Source: Candidatus Latescibacterota bacterium (GTDB lineage: Bacteria; Latescibacterota; UBA2968; UBA8231). From it: 64,000 nucleotides of DNA. Under the pieces are notes generated by a model. That model saw nothing but the letters and a program-made list of their open reading frames with translations. It was not told the origin of the DNA and made no database searches. The stretch covers positions 6,496,001-6,560,000 of the forward strand of contig OZ242214.1 of assembly GCA_965206595.1 (NCBI GenBank), in the 5' to 3' direction. This document shows positions 29,487-39,856 of this stretch, piece after piece. Numbering within the stretch: position 1 is the stretch's first letter; each line of letters opens with the position of its first letter. Position numbers and translations under genes: made by a program.

Positions 29487-30530
29487 ATGGAACCCATCCC
29501 CATCGCCATCGTTGGCCTGAACTTCGGGCGCCATATCGCGCACGAAATCGCCCATGGCGAAGCGGGAAGGCACATGAAGCTCGCTGCCGTCTGTGATATC
29601 GACGAAGACAAGGCGAAGCAGCGCGCAGATGAATACCGGGTACCGTTTTACACCGATCTGGATCAGCTGCTGGCCAATGAAGACATCCCGACGATCGGGT
29701 TGTTCACCGGGCCTGGCGGGCGAGCCGAGCTCCTGGACAGGGCTGTCGACGCCGGCAGGGATGTCATGACGACAAAACCGTTCGAGCTGGACTGCGACGC
29801 CGGCCTGGCAGTGTTGAGGAAAGCGAAAGGACTCGGTCGCGTAATCCATCTCAACTCTCCATCGCCAGTCGAGACGCCGGACTTCAAGCTGATCCGTCAG
29901 TGGCAGAGGACCCACCGGCTCGGAAAGCCGGTGGCCTGCAGCACTTCGGTGTGGGTCCGTTACCGCGAAGTGCCGGATGGCCGGTGGTACGACGATCCCG
30001 GGAAATGTCCCGTAGCACCGATCTTCCGGATCGGTATCTATCTCATCAACGACCTGATCCGGGTTTTCGGCGAAGCGGAGCGCGTATCCGTTTTTTCGAG
30101 CCGTATGTTTACCCAACGACCCACGGCCGACAACGCTCAGCTGTCCATTCTGTTCAGGAGTGGGGCGCTGGCGAGCGTCTTTGCATCCTTCTGCGTGGAG
30201 GACGGCGATCACCATCGCCTGCGCATGGTGCTCAACTTCGAAAGGGGAACGGTGTATCGCAACGCGGATCCGGCACGGAACAGCAGGCCGGGCGCGGACC
30301 TGACGCTCGTCATGGGCTCCCGGGACGTCGAGCGCGCCCTGGTGGAGAGCGAGCAAGTCGAGCGCATGAGTGGAGGCTATCAATGGGACAACTTTGCAGC
30401 TGCGGTCCGGGGTGAGTCCATCGATGAAACCACGACGCCCGAATCGATCGTCTCCGGACTGCGGATCATCGAAGCCATGGGTGAAGCGGAAAAAGGACCA
30501 GGCGTCGCAGAGGTCAAAAGGGCGGTATGA
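29487..30530 (+). CDS. Gfo/Idh/MocA family oxidoreductase
   Basis: IAIVGLNFG, AAVCD, YTDLDQLL, DVMTTKP. Confidence 0.9.
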   Translation: MEPIPIAIVGLNFGRHIAHEIAHGEAGRHMKLAAVCDIDEDKAKQRADEYRVPFYTDLDQLLANEDIPTIGLFTGPGGRAELLDRAVDAGRDVMTTKPFELDCDAGLAVLRKAKGLGRVIHLNSPSPVETPDFKLIRQWQRTHRLGKPVACSTSVWVRYREVPDGRWYDDPGKCPVAPIFRIGIYLINDLIRVFGEAERVSVFSSRMFTQRPTADNAQLSILFRSGALASVFASFCVEDGDHHRLRMVLNFERGTVYRNADPARNSRPGADLTLVMGSRDVERALVESEQVERMSGGYQWDNFAAAVRGESIDETTTPESIVSGLRIIEAMGEAEKGPGVAEVKRAV

Positions 30531-31876
30531 ACAAACGGATCGAATTCGATAGCGGGTTGAAGCCAGGCCGTCAACAGGCCGCACAGCTGCAGGCGGCTAT
30601 CGATGCCGTCCATGAGGGCGGTGGCGGCAGGGTGACCGTCGGACCCGGCACCTGGATCGTGACCACGCTTACACTGAAATCGAATATCGAGCTCCATCTG
30701 GAGCGCGGCGCGATCCTTCAGGCCTGCCACGATCTGAATGACTACCCACAGGCGGAGAGGGTCGCCCACAACATCGATCAGTCCTCTTTCCACCTGTTGC
30801 TGGCGCGGGGTTGTGACCGTGTCACATTGAGCGGCCATGGCGTCATCGATGGACAGGACACCGCATTCTGGATCCCCTGCGAGGGGGAAGACGACCGTCC
30901 TTACGGGATTTTCAGGTTCAAAGTGAACGGGGGCACCGACGGCCGCCTGAGCCCGCTCGTGCAACTGGTCGGCTGCACCAATCTCGAAATCGTCGATATC
31001 GGGATTCGCCGGGCCCCGGGTTGGGCGTTACACGTATTCGACTGCGAAACCGTATCGGTGCATGGGGTCAAAATCCGCGGTCACCGCTACGGACCGAATA
31101 CGGACGGCATCGGGATCAACGGCAGTCGCGACGTCAGGATCAGTCACTGCGATGTCGATACCGGGGACGACGCGATCATCGTCAAGGCGACAAACAAAGA
31201 TTCAGTCTGCGAGCGGGTGACGGTCACCAACTGCGTGCTGTCGAGCAATTGCGCCGCTCTCGGGTTGGGCGCCGATGTATCCGGCGTTATACGGGACGTG
31301 GTCTTCAGCAGCTGTGTCGTCAATCGATCCCTGCGCATGATTCAGGTTGAGATGTGGTATCCCGGACAGGTAGAGCGCGCCATCTTCAGCAGCATCACCG
31401 GCAGAACCTTCCCGGATGAAGGGGTCGCCAACGAACGCCCCATCTACGTCGATATTCAGCAGTTCAAGCGATCCGAAGCGGAGTTGGGGGAAGTGAGCGA
31501 TCTGATCTTTCGCGACATCATCTGCGAAAGCCGCGGGCGTATCGTGATGACCGCTCAGGACGGCGCCAGCATACGCGGTGTCACCCTCGACACCGTCATC
31601 GTCAAGGTCCCGGAGATCGAGGATCCGGAGGAATCGGTGCCGCCCGCGAGGAGCATGCAGCTCTCCAACTTCAACCCGCAGACCCGTGCCGTGCGCGCCG
31701 CCGTTGTTGCAGATAATGTCGTACGGTTGACCCTGCGAAATGTCGAATACCACTGGCCCGAAAAAGCTTCGGTTCCGATGTACGCACTGTGTTTGCGCAA
31801 CAGCCGCGATCTCATCAACGACAGCCCCCGCCTCAAATCGAGTGACGAGCACACCCCTGCGGTGCTCGAGCTGTAG
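30527..31876 (+). CDS. Glycoside hydrolase family 28 (pectin-lyase-fold beta-helix), no signal peptide
   Basis: LQAAID..GGGRVTV.PG, LKSNIELHLE.GA, G.IDG, PNTDGI, TGDDAI..K. Confidence 0.85.
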   Translation: MNKRIEFDSGLKPGRQQAAQLQAAIDAVHEGGGGRVTVGPGTWIVTTLTLKSNIELHLERGAILQACHDLNDYPQAERVAHNIDQSSFHLLLARGCDRVTLSGHGVIDGQDTAFWIPCEGEDDRPYGIFRFKVNGGTDGRLSPLVQLVGCTNLEIVDIGIRRAPGWALHVFDCETVSVHGVKIRGHRYGPNTDGIGINGSRDVRISHCDVDTGDDAIIVKATNKDSVCERVTVTNCVLSSNCAALGLGADVSGVIRDVVFSSCVVNRSLRMIQVEMWYPGQVERAIFSSITGRTFPDEGVANERPIYVDIQQFKRSEAELGEVSDLIFRDIICESRGRIVMTAQDGASIRGVTLDTVIVKVPEIEDPEESVPPARSMQLSNFNPQTRAVRAAVVADNVVRLTLRNVEYHWPEKASVPMYALCLRNSRDLINDSPRLKSSDEHTPAVLEL

Positions 31877-32037
31877 TGTCGCCTCCCCCGGATTACTTGA
31901 AAAACTCCGGCGCCGAGGCGCCCAGCTCGCAAGGCGCCCGAGCAAATCGTACCGGGGTGAACTGCGTGCGAAGGCAACGCCGTGAGTCGCTGATGTGAGA
32001 CTCTTCGCTTGCCGCCGTCTCCAACGAGGACTTCAAG

Positions 32038-34842
32038 CTATCGCTCCAGCCCGAAGCGCTCGCTGACGAAGGACCAGTATTGTTCATCGCCTTGCCCCGG
32101 AGAGACCAACAAGGATAGCTCGGCCACAAGCTCGCGCGCCCTTTCCATTTCTCCGGCGTAGGCGAAACAGAGAATGCGGAAGTAGAACATGTTCGGTTTG
32201 TTGCCTTCCGACTGCTGCGATTGACGGAAGTGGCCCTCGGCCTCGAGGAAGCGCCTGTCGGCCATCAGGCGAAGGCCGAGGTGGTAGTGAACCTTGCCGT
32301 CAATCCGGCCGTTTTCCACCAGCTGCTCGATGGCGCCGCTTGTCTCGAGCGCGTCTCCCAGGGTCCAAAGAGCAACCGTGCGCAGGTTCGTATTTGTCAG
32401 AACTCGATCCAGGGCAGGCAAGTCGAGAGGGGGTGGCTTGGGGAATTTGATCAGCGCGCGATCGACAAGTGTTTGATAAGCGAAATAAGCCTCCGCGCTT
32501 TCCCGCAACTCCGGAGGCAGTCGTTCGGCGAGGTAGCCGCTGGCCCGGTAGCGCGTGATCAGGGCGTGTGGTGCCAGAAGGCTGGCAAAGTAATGGTTGT
32601 CGCGTCCGACCTCCCGGCCCAGACGCTGGGGGAAATTGTCTAGCAGCGGCGGCAGATCCCGGGCGAGCTCCTCCAGTTGGTTTGCGTCGGCCACGAAGGT
32701 CGTCAGGAGAAGCTCGGGGTTCTCGAAACCCAACAACCTGAGGTCGGTTGCGGTTTTTTCGTCACGCCACTGTCGAGAGAACTCGTGGCCGTTCAGCTCG
32801 GTGGATGCATCCCGCGAACCCACGAGCATCAAATTCATCGCTCCTCCGTTCCACAGCGAGCAATCCTCGAATACGTTACAAAAACTCTTGACGATCGAGA
32901 GTGCGTCGCCAGCGGCGAGCTGCCAGACGGGCAACCAGTATGTAACATAACCACCTTCCCGGAGACGCCGTTTTAATAAATCGAAATACTCCTGCGTATA
33001 GAGATTCACCACGCCAGCCATCATCAAGGGGGGCGGCTCCGCGGTGATGAGATCGTATTGCTCGTCCGTCGTCAGGAGATAGAAACGTCCATCCTCGATG
33101 AGAACCCGCACCCGCGGGTCGGCGATCGGCGATCGGCGTGGCGCCCCGAAGACGACCTCGCTGAATTCGACGATATCCCTCGAGATGTCCACCACGTCGA
33201 TCTGCTCGATCTCCCGGGCGCTTGTGAGCGCCTCCGCCGTGCTCCCCACGCCGAAGCTGATCAGCAGTGCTTTCTCCACCCGGGGATGAAAGGCCAGGGG
33301 CCAGTAGGCGAAAAATTTCATGTAGCGCTTCGCCAATGGGTTGATAGCGGTCATGGAGTAGCTGTTCGTCATCACCTGAAAGGCGAAGGGAACGTCCAGA
33401 TAGTTGTGCTCCACGTAGATGATGGTTTCGGTCAACCCTTCCTCCGCCGCGACGATACGCGAATCTTTCAGGAGGTAAGGGCGTGCGGTGGTGGGAATGA
33501 AATGGTTCCGCATCAAACCGAAAGGAAAGGCCACGAATGTCAGCAGGGAGAGCAAAGCGAGGACGGCCCAAGGGGGGCTGATTCGCTTGAGCGAGGGCCA
33601 GTACCAATCCCGGGGTGAGAGGAAGGCGGCTGCCGGATAGCAGAGTGCCAACAGGAAGAGGGACAGTTCAATCCCCAACCGGGGCAAGAGAACGAAGCCG
33701 CCCAGGAGCGCCCCGGCCGCGGCCCCCAGGGTATTGAACAAGGTCACCCAGCCCGAGGCACGCGTCTCCTCCGGGCAGTCTTCGAAGACTCCACGTGCCA
33801 GGAAAGTGAACGAGATTCCGGAGACCAGACAGACAGGCAGCATGAGGCGCAGCGACAAGGCGAGCATGTGGGCCAGGTCGCCCGTCCTCGCTCCGCTGTA
33901 TTGCTGCGGCACACCCTCGAAAGCAATGTAAGACCACACAGTGATCAGGCCCGCTCCCAGGGCGAGGTGGCCGTAGTAACGGTAGGCCACCGGGTGAAAG
34001 CGGAGCCATAAAGCGCTGAGCAGACCGCCTGCGCCGATACCAAGCAGCACCACCACCAACATCACGGCGAAGCCGCGAGTCGACGACACAATGAACAATT
34101 GCAGGAACCGGAACCAAACGACCTCCAGCGCCAGCAGGATCCCTCCCGACAGGGCGGCCGCCCCGACAAGTCTTCGGGAACGCCGGGACAGCGAGAGCGA
34201 GACTTGGGGTGAAGCGGGAGACCGGGGTGCTGCCGCGAGGCAGGCCACGGCGAGCGCGATGAGGGCGGCCGCGCCGTTGAGTGATGCGGCAACCAGCGCG
34301 CTTCCGTTTATGCCGAGGTGCGAGATCAGCGCTTCTTCGACCAGGATCGCGCCGCACATGGCACCCAGCGTGTTCCAGCCATAGAGCTTTCCCAGCGTCT
34401 TGGCGAAACTGCGACTCCACTCGTTCAACCCCTTCACCATGACGGGAAGGGTCATGCCCATGGCGGTGGTGGGCAGCAGAAAAAGAACAAAAGCTATCCC
34501 GAAGCGGAGTGGGTTGAGGGCGGCGGATTGACCGAGAAGCGGCCGGAAGATCGGAGCGAATGTCTCGGGAAGTCCCGGGAATTGAACGACCAGCCCGCAA
34601 CCCACGAGGCCGGCGACGACTTCCAGCAGGGCGTAGAAAACTACCGGGCGTCGAATTCGATTTCCAAAACGAATAGAGAGCGCGTTTCCGAGCGCCAGGC
34701 CCCCCATGAAGCTGGACAAGGCCAGGGAGGATGCCCAGACGCTGCTGCCAAAGGTCAGGCCGGCCATGCGGAAGAAGAGGCTCTCGAAAATCAAACCCGC
34801 GGCCCCCGACAGGAAGAACGCCAGGCAAAGCAACACCGTCAT
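32038..34842 (-). CDS. Fused MFS-like/spermidine synthase protein with C-terminal TPR-like helices
   Basis: FFLSGAAGLIFE, PTTAMGMTLP, LYGWNTLG; SFGVGST, VVDIS, EDGRFYL, YDLITAEPP, NLYTQEYF. Confidence 0.85.
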   Translation of the reverse strand: MTVLLCLAFFLSGAAGLIFESLFFRMAGLTFGSSVWASSLALSSFMGGLALGNALSIRFGNRIRRPVVFYALLEVVAGLVGCGLVVQFPGLPETFAPIFRPLLGQSAALNPLRFGIAFVLFLLPTTAMGMTLPVMVKGLNEWSRSFAKTLGKLYGWNTLGAMCGAILVEEALISHLGINGSALVAASLNGAAALIALAVACLAAAPRSPASPQVSLSLSRRSRRLVGAAALSGGILLALEVVWFRFLQLFIVSSTRGFAVMLVVVLLGIGAGGLLSALWLRFHPVAYRYYGHLALGAGLITVWSYIAFEGVPQQYSGARTGDLAHMLALSLRLMLPVCLVSGISFTFLARGVFEDCPEETRASGWVTLFNTLGAAAGALLGGFVLLPRLGIELSLFLLALCYPAAAFLSPRDWYWPSLKRISPPWAVLALLSLLTFVAFPFGLMRNHFIPTTARPYLLKDSRIVAAEEGLTETIIYVEHNYLDVPFAFQVMTNSYSMTAINPLAKRYMKFFAYWPLAFHPRVEKALLISFGVGSTAEALTSAREIEQIDVVDISRDIVEFSEVVFGAPRRSPIADPRVRVLIEDGRFYLLTTDEQYDLITAEPPPLMMAGVVNLYTQEYFDLLKRRLREGGYVTYWLPVWQLAAGDALSIVKSFCNVFEDCSLWNGGAMNLMLVGSRDASTELNGHEFSRQWRDEKTATDLRLLGFENPELLLTTFVADANQLEELARDLPPLLDNFPQRLGREVGRDNHYFASLLAPHALITRYRASGYLAERLPPELRESAEAYFAYQTLVDRALIKFPKPPPLDLPALDRVLTNTNLRTVALWTLGDALETSGAIEQLVENGRIDGKVHYHLGLRLMADRRFLEAEGHFRQSQQSEGNKPNMFYFRILCFAYAGEMERARELVAELSLLVSPGQGDEQYWSFVSERFGLER

Positions 34843-35111
34843 TTTCGACTCGCAAGGAGAAGCGAACGCGCCAAGAGACTACCGAGCGGCATCCGATCGA
34901 AAAAAAGCGTGGCAAAGATGACGACGAACACGCAATTCGCCTCGTGCAGGTATCTTCGATTTTCGATCAGACAATCGATTCGACTCTCCTCTCGTAGCCC
35001 AGCGTGAGCTGCGCCGAAACCTGGGTACTCATGCTTATATTCGATGCTGTGGCTGCAGGCGAAAGCATAATCATATTCGCACCCCGTCTTTTCCCGGATA
35101 GGCAAACCCCT

Positions 35112-35597
35112 GTGACAAACCTTTTCAGAATCGCCGTTTGCGTGCTCGCCGCGGTCGCTTGCGGCGAGCCGGAGTACCTCGACGTCGGAAGAGTGCTGAA
35201 CAAGACCGAAGCGGAGTTGGAGGCGGCCTTCGGTAAGCCCGATACGTGGAACGCCAAGGATGACCGTACCAATCTCCTGCAATGGAAGAATATTGACGGA
35301 GACAGCACCCGGGTGGTTCTCGTCACCAAAGACAGTCTGTCCTGCTACGTGACCTACTCCTTCAAGGGCATGGAGCCTTTCGATCAGAAGAAGGCGCTCG
35401 CGAAGGTGGGAATTTCGTGGCCGCAGGCGGAGCCGCAACATGAGTGGGAAAACGGCTCGAAGCGCTGGATGCCGTACGGTGAGTACGAGAAGCTCGTAAT
35501 CGGCCACAGGGAAAAAGCCGTCACCGTGGCTCTCGAAACTCCCTTCTCGCTCTCCGCTCCGAGTAAAACAGCGACTGGACCCGGTGCGGACGAATGA
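35112..35597 (+). CDS. Hypothetical lipoprotein
   Basis: GTG 35112 gives MTNLFRIAVCVLAAVAC (lipobox-like); LEAAFGKPD. Confidence 0.6.
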   Translation: MTNLFRIAVCVLAAVACGEPEYLDVGRVLNKTEAELEAAFGKPDTWNAKDDRTNLLQWKNIDGDSTRVVLVTKDSLSCYVTYSFKGMEPFDQKKALAKVGISWPQAEPQHEWENGSKRWMPYGEYEKLVIGHREKAVTVALETPFSLSAPSKTATGPGADE

Positions 35598-35630
35598 CCA
35601 TCGCACACCATGACCGACTCCTGTCGCAGA

Positions 35631-37151
35631 CTATTTCCAGATACTACGCATCTGGTGAACGATCATTTTTTTGATGCGAGCGGCCCCTCCTTGTGCTCTC
35701 AAAGATATTCCGGTGCTGTCGGGTCGAGACGGATGAACCCTGAGGGTGACGCACTGCAATCCGTTGACGAAGACCTCGATGATGCTCCGGTCCACGAAAA
35801 TGCGGCAGTTGATAATTCGGTCCTCCTCCAGTTGCACTTCCATTGATTCGGGTATCCTCGCATTTACGTCATCCCTGAGCGAAGATCGGGATGGGTCGAC
35901 GAGCACCTTCGCGAGGTTCTCCGTTCTGCCTCCGGCGTCGATGTAGAAGCACACAGGTGTATACTCTTCTCTGGCGGGCGACTGAAGAACGTTCAGGCAC
36001 ACCATCCTGGCCGCCAGAGGATCTATCTCCGTCTCGATCTCTATAGTATTTCCACAGGCTTCATGCAACGGGACATCCTCATTTGCCGGAAGGCTTACGG
36101 TCCCTATATCCCGCGAAGCATGGCGCAAGGTCTTCGCTGCTTCTGCTGGTTGGATGCCCAACGTGTTGTCCGCCCGAAGTGTGAATTGGCGCGGCAGCGT
36201 CATGATGGATCGAATGCGACCGACATCACGCTCTCTGCACTCTTTGGCGTTGAATATCGCGTAGCATCCCCCGTCACTTGTGGGCAATATGCTCGGTGCG
36301 TGAATACTGCCGCGAAGGACCTCACCACCCGTGAAGCGCCCGTGAGTGAGCGGTGTAAAGCGTCTCAGCGTCCGGTCGTAGTCGCCGATGAAGTACCCCG
36401 ATGAGCTTTTGTGGCTGAAGTAGCAGTACAGGTATTTATCGCCGATCGGACAGAAATAGGGGCAGGATCCGTCATCGTGCGGAACTGTGTGAATCTCGTC
36501 GTCGAGGAATCTTCCAAGATAGATCCAGCGGCTCAGGTCCTGGGAGAAGAACAGACGCGCCGTCAGGTGGAACGGCTGATCGACTGATTCACGCCCCCGG
36601 CCTCCCACCAAGGCAAAGTACCCCACCCCCTCCTCTTTCCATATGCACGGGTCGCCGCCGCCTTCCCGGTAGCCCGTCTCATCCGCGTCGACCGCAGGAA
36701 TCACCGGATTGTCAGGGTGCTTCTCCCAGTTCAGCAGCAGCGGGTCTTTCGAAGTGGCGACCATGCTTCCCTGCTTCGTACCGTAATAGAGTGCAACTAC
36801 CCGGTCGCCTTCGACACAGGTAGTCCCGCTGAAACAGCAGTCTTCGATTGAGGGAGATATGGCGGGGGGCAGGTCGCTCCAGTGGATCAAGTCGTCGCTC
36901 ACCGTGTGACCCCATTGCACTCGCGACTCCCCTTCGGGCCGGAACTGATAGAAGAGGTGGTACTTGCCGTGCCAGAAACAGAGACCGTTGGGGTCGTTGA
37001 GCCACCCTTCCGGTGGAGAGAAGTGATACGCCGGCAGAAGGGGATCTTGCGCATGGAGCCTTCTCCGTGATGCCCCGAACCTTTCTATCGTGGCGTCGTC
37101 CTTCAGCCGCTCCAGTTGCTCGTCCATATCGGGATGTTGCCCTGAACCCAT
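35631..37151 (-). CDS. Glycoside hydrolase family 32-like protein (atypical active site)
   Basis: WLNDPNG, YHLFYQ, WGH.VS.DL.HW, FSG, GDP, SCPYF, TLPR, IFVDRSIIEVF. Confidence 0.85.
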   Translation of the reverse strand: MGSGQHPDMDEQLERLKDDATIERFGASRRRLHAQDPLLPAYHFSPPEGWLNDPNGLCFWHGKYHLFYQFRPEGESRVQWGHTVSDDLIHWSDLPPAISPSIEDCCFSGTTCVEGDRVVALYYGTKQGSMVATSKDPLLLNWEKHPDNPVIPAVDADETGYREGGGDPCIWKEEGVGYFALVGGRGRESVDQPFHLTARLFFSQDLSRWIYLGRFLDDEIHTVPHDDGSCPYFCPIGDKYLYCYFSHKSSSGYFIGDYDRTLRRFTPLTHGRFTGGEVLRGSIHAPSILPTSDGGCYAIFNAKECRERDVGRIRSIMTLPRQFTLRADNTLGIQPAEAAKTLRHASRDIGTVSLPANEDVPLHEACGNTIEIETEIDPLAARMVCLNVLQSPAREEYTPVCFYIDAGGRTENLAKVLVDPSRSSLRDDVNARIPESMEVQLEEDRIINCRIFVDRSIIEVFVNGLQCVTLRVHPSRPDSTGISLRAQGGAARIKKMIVHQMRSIWK

Positions 37152-37356
37152 TTTGATTCCTCCTGTTGCCTAGCGTGGTCTGAAGGGCGCTGCACCGGGG
37201 CGGGGGCCGGTACCAGCCGCCGCGCGCGCGGCAGGATCTTCGCTGCGATAAAGCTCGCCGCCGCCGCTCTGCTGCCAGCGTTCGAGCCGGGAATCGGCAG
37301 CGAAAGGCCAACCCGCACCAAAACGCTCGTGAACACAGATGGCCGATCCCATGGTC

Positions 37357-38202
37357 TTAGCCTTCCTTCCCGGCGTACTCCGCCCACAGTCTGTCGATCC
37401 GCTCGGCGGGAATCGAGCCGCTGTGCAGGATCAAGCGATATCGGTGACGCATCGCTGCCCCGGCCGGCAAGTCGATGGCCTCGGGGATGCACGGAGCCGG
37501 GTTGATACCGCGCTGCCCATCCACGCGCCACTTTACGGGGTGTCCGGGGTTACCGGGATGATCGCAAATCGTGATGCCGCCACCGATCGCGCTATTCTCC
37601 AAAGGCATGTGCAGGTCGACCCATCTGGCGGCCTGCTGCTCAGTATCGTCATCCTGCCTGCCGGCGGCGTTGAGAACGCTGGCACCACTGCCCCGCCGGA
37701 ATGGCATGCGGATGAACAGGCCACCGTAGGAGTGCTGCGCAATCTGCACGTCAGGGATCGCTTGCAGCGTCCAGTTCAAATCTAAAAACAGCAGCTCGTC
37801 AGCCTCGAGCAGGGACCAGATTTGCTGTTCTGTCAGGAGGAGGTTACCGTCTGCATGCCGCCAGATGGCTTCGATGGTCCAGCATGGCGGCTCCGTTCCA
37901 GAGACCCGCGGCGCGCTGGGCTCGATCGTACCGATCAGGTGTTCGGGGTGCTGTCCGGGATCGAGCCAGAAGTCGCAGCCGTTGACGCCGTGAAAGCCGG
38001 TCTGGATGCCATGCTGCCAGGGATGGTGCCAGGGACTGTCCTCAGTCAGGCAGGCGGTGCCGTCCCCGATGCGCAACGGGTGAATGTAGGGCCGCAGACC
38101 CGGGCGGGCGTTGTGCTGCAGCACCACCTTGCCCAGCGAAACGTCATCGACGAACAGGCAATTGTTTTCGGTGCGAAGCTTCCAGCGTGCAGTGACAGCC
38201 AT
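37357..38202 (-). CDS. DUF6807/PmoA-like family protein
   Basis: RPYIHPL, HPWQHGI, NGCDFW, YGGLFIR, ARWVD, DHPGNPGHP. Confidence 0.75.
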   Translation of the reverse strand: MAVTARWKLRTENNCLFVDDVSLGKVVLQHNARPGLRPYIHPLRIGDGTACLTEDSPWHHPWQHGIQTGFHGVNGCDFWLDPGQHPEHLIGTIEPSAPRVSGTEPPCWTIEAIWRHADGNLLLTEQQIWSLLEADELLFLDLNWTLQAIPDVQIAQHSYGGLFIRMPFRRGSGASVLNAAGRQDDDTEQQAARWVDLHMPLENSAIGGGITICDHPGNPGHPVKWRVDGQRGINPAPCIPEAIDLPAGAAMRHRYRLILHSGSIPAERIDRLWAEYAGKEG

Positions 38203-38314
38203 GGGTGTTCTCTCTTATGTGTGTAACTCACACCTGCCTCTTTCCAAAGGTGATGAGCAGGGAGCCAACATCAAATAACTGCCACAGGTCACCAATTTTC
38301 GAAGGAGCGTAAGC

Positions 38315-39763
38315 TTGCGTTCACCAAACCTGATTTTCCTCATATCGGATCAGCAGCAGGCTGGCACTGTCCACCCTGGCTCAATTTGCCAAACGCCCAA
38401 TCTGGATTCGCTGGCCGCGGAGGGGGTTCGCTTTGAGCGATGCTACTCAGCCAACGTGCTCTGTTCCCCCAGCCGTGCCAGCATTCTGACCGGGCTGTTG
38501 CCTCACGACCATGGCGTCGTGGATTGTACCCACGCCGTCGAGCCGCCCAGGGCCAATCTCAAGGAAGGGCTGTCCTTCTGGACGCGCTCGCTCAAAGAGG
38601 CGGGCTATCGCCAGGGTTATTTCGGCAAGTGGCACGTCGAGCGTACCAACCTGCTGGAAAACTTCGGTTTTGATACCTACGAAGTTCGGGGAGAACCGGA
38701 GAATCAACGCAAATATCAGGAACATCGCCAAGCGCTGGGCCTGCAGGACAGGCCGGAGTTGACGGATTCACACTACGCGCATCACAAAGGCTATCGGGAC
38801 CTGTTGCTTTACGGCGTCACCGATGAGCCGGTTGAGGGCACGATGGAGTACTACCTGTGTTCGCGCGGCATTGATTTCCTCAAGGAAGCAGCCAACAAAT
38901 CGCCTCACCCCTGGGCTTTGTTTCTCAGCGTTCCGGGGCCGCACGATCCCTACATCGCGCCCAGGTCCTTCTATGAGCGCTACGATCCGGCCTCTATCCC
39001 CAAACCGGCCAGCTTTGCGGACGACCTCGCGGACAGGCCGGGGATCTACAGGCGTATCCAGAGTGTGTGGCATGATATGGACTGGCAGAGCTTCGCTCAG
39101 GCAACGGCCTGTTATTATGCCATCTGTACGATGATCGACGACCAGGTGGGGCGACTCCTGGCCGCGCTCACGGAAACGGGCGAGGAGGAAGACACCATTA
39201 TCATCTACCTGTCCGACCACGGAGATTATATGGGCGCCCACCGCTTGCTGTTGAAGGGTATTCCCCCGTTTGAAGAGGTCTACCGGGTGCCTCTGATCAT
39301 GAAAGGCCCGGGACTGCCCCAAGGTCGGATTAGCGCGGACGTCGTGAGTACCATGGACCTGGCCCCGACGCTGGTCGAGTTACTGCTGGGAAAGGACTTC
39401 CCTTGTCAGGGGCGCTCCCTGGTGCCACGCCTCAACGATGAGGCCGACTGGGAGCAGGAAGCCTTCGCCGAGTGCCACGGCGTACGCTTCAACTATACCC
39501 AGAGGATTCTGTGGCGAGACCGCTACAAGTATATCTTCAACGGGTTCGACGAAGATGAGCTGTATGACCTGGAGGCAGATCCACACGAGATTCGCAACTT
39601 GGCTAAAGATCCTTCGTCCGGGCCTCTAGCCGAGGAGATGGCCACCCGAATGTGGGAGATCATCACCGAGACCGGGGACTTCAACCTCTACCAGTCCCAC
39701 TATGGAATGTATCGGTATGCGCCGGTTGGTCCTCAGCTGGCTGCCGCGGATAAAAATCCATGA
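38315..39763 (+). CDS. Sulfatase (S1 family), no signal peptide
   Basis: TTG start after GAAGGAG; PNLIFLISDQQ, CSPSR, GKWH, PHDPY, SDHG, ELYDL..DPHE. Confidence 0.9.
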   Translation: MRSPNLIFLISDQQQAGTVHPGSICQTPNLDSLAAEGVRFERCYSANVLCSPSRASILTGLLPHDHGVVDCTHAVEPPRANLKEGLSFWTRSLKEAGYRQGYFGKWHVERTNLLENFGFDTYEVRGEPENQRKYQEHRQALGLQDRPELTDSHYAHHKGYRDLLLYGVTDEPVEGTMEYYLCSRGIDFLKEAANKSPHPWALFLSVPGPHDPYIAPRSFYERYDPASIPKPASFADDLADRPGIYRRIQSVWHDMDWQSFAQATACYYAICTMIDDQVGRLLAALTETGEEEDTIIIYLSDHGDYMGAHRLLLKGIPPFEEVYRVPLIMKGPGLPQGRISADVVSTMDLAPTLVELLLGKDFPCQGRSLVPRLNDEADWEQEAFAECHGVRFNYTQRILWRDRYKYIFNGFDEDELYDLEADPHEIRNLAKDPSSGPLAEEMATRMWEIITETGDFNLYQSHYGMYRYAPVGPQLAAADKNP

Positions 39764-39856
39764 GGTGCCATAGCGTCCGAGCCTGCATGCATCGCAACAG
39801 CTTCGCGGCTGTCAAAAAAACGGGGTCGTTCCCGGTGACTTCGAACAAGAACCTTC

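Noticed and set aside
37357-38202. Methane monooxygenase subunit implied by the PmoA family label
   Set aside because: Soluble DUF6807-type protein with no TM helices and no pmoB/pmoC nearby.
39814-39845. Terminator between converging sulfatase and MFS/spermidine synthase genes
   Set aside because: The A7 tract suits the minus strand, but the stem pairs well only on the plus strand via G-U pairs.
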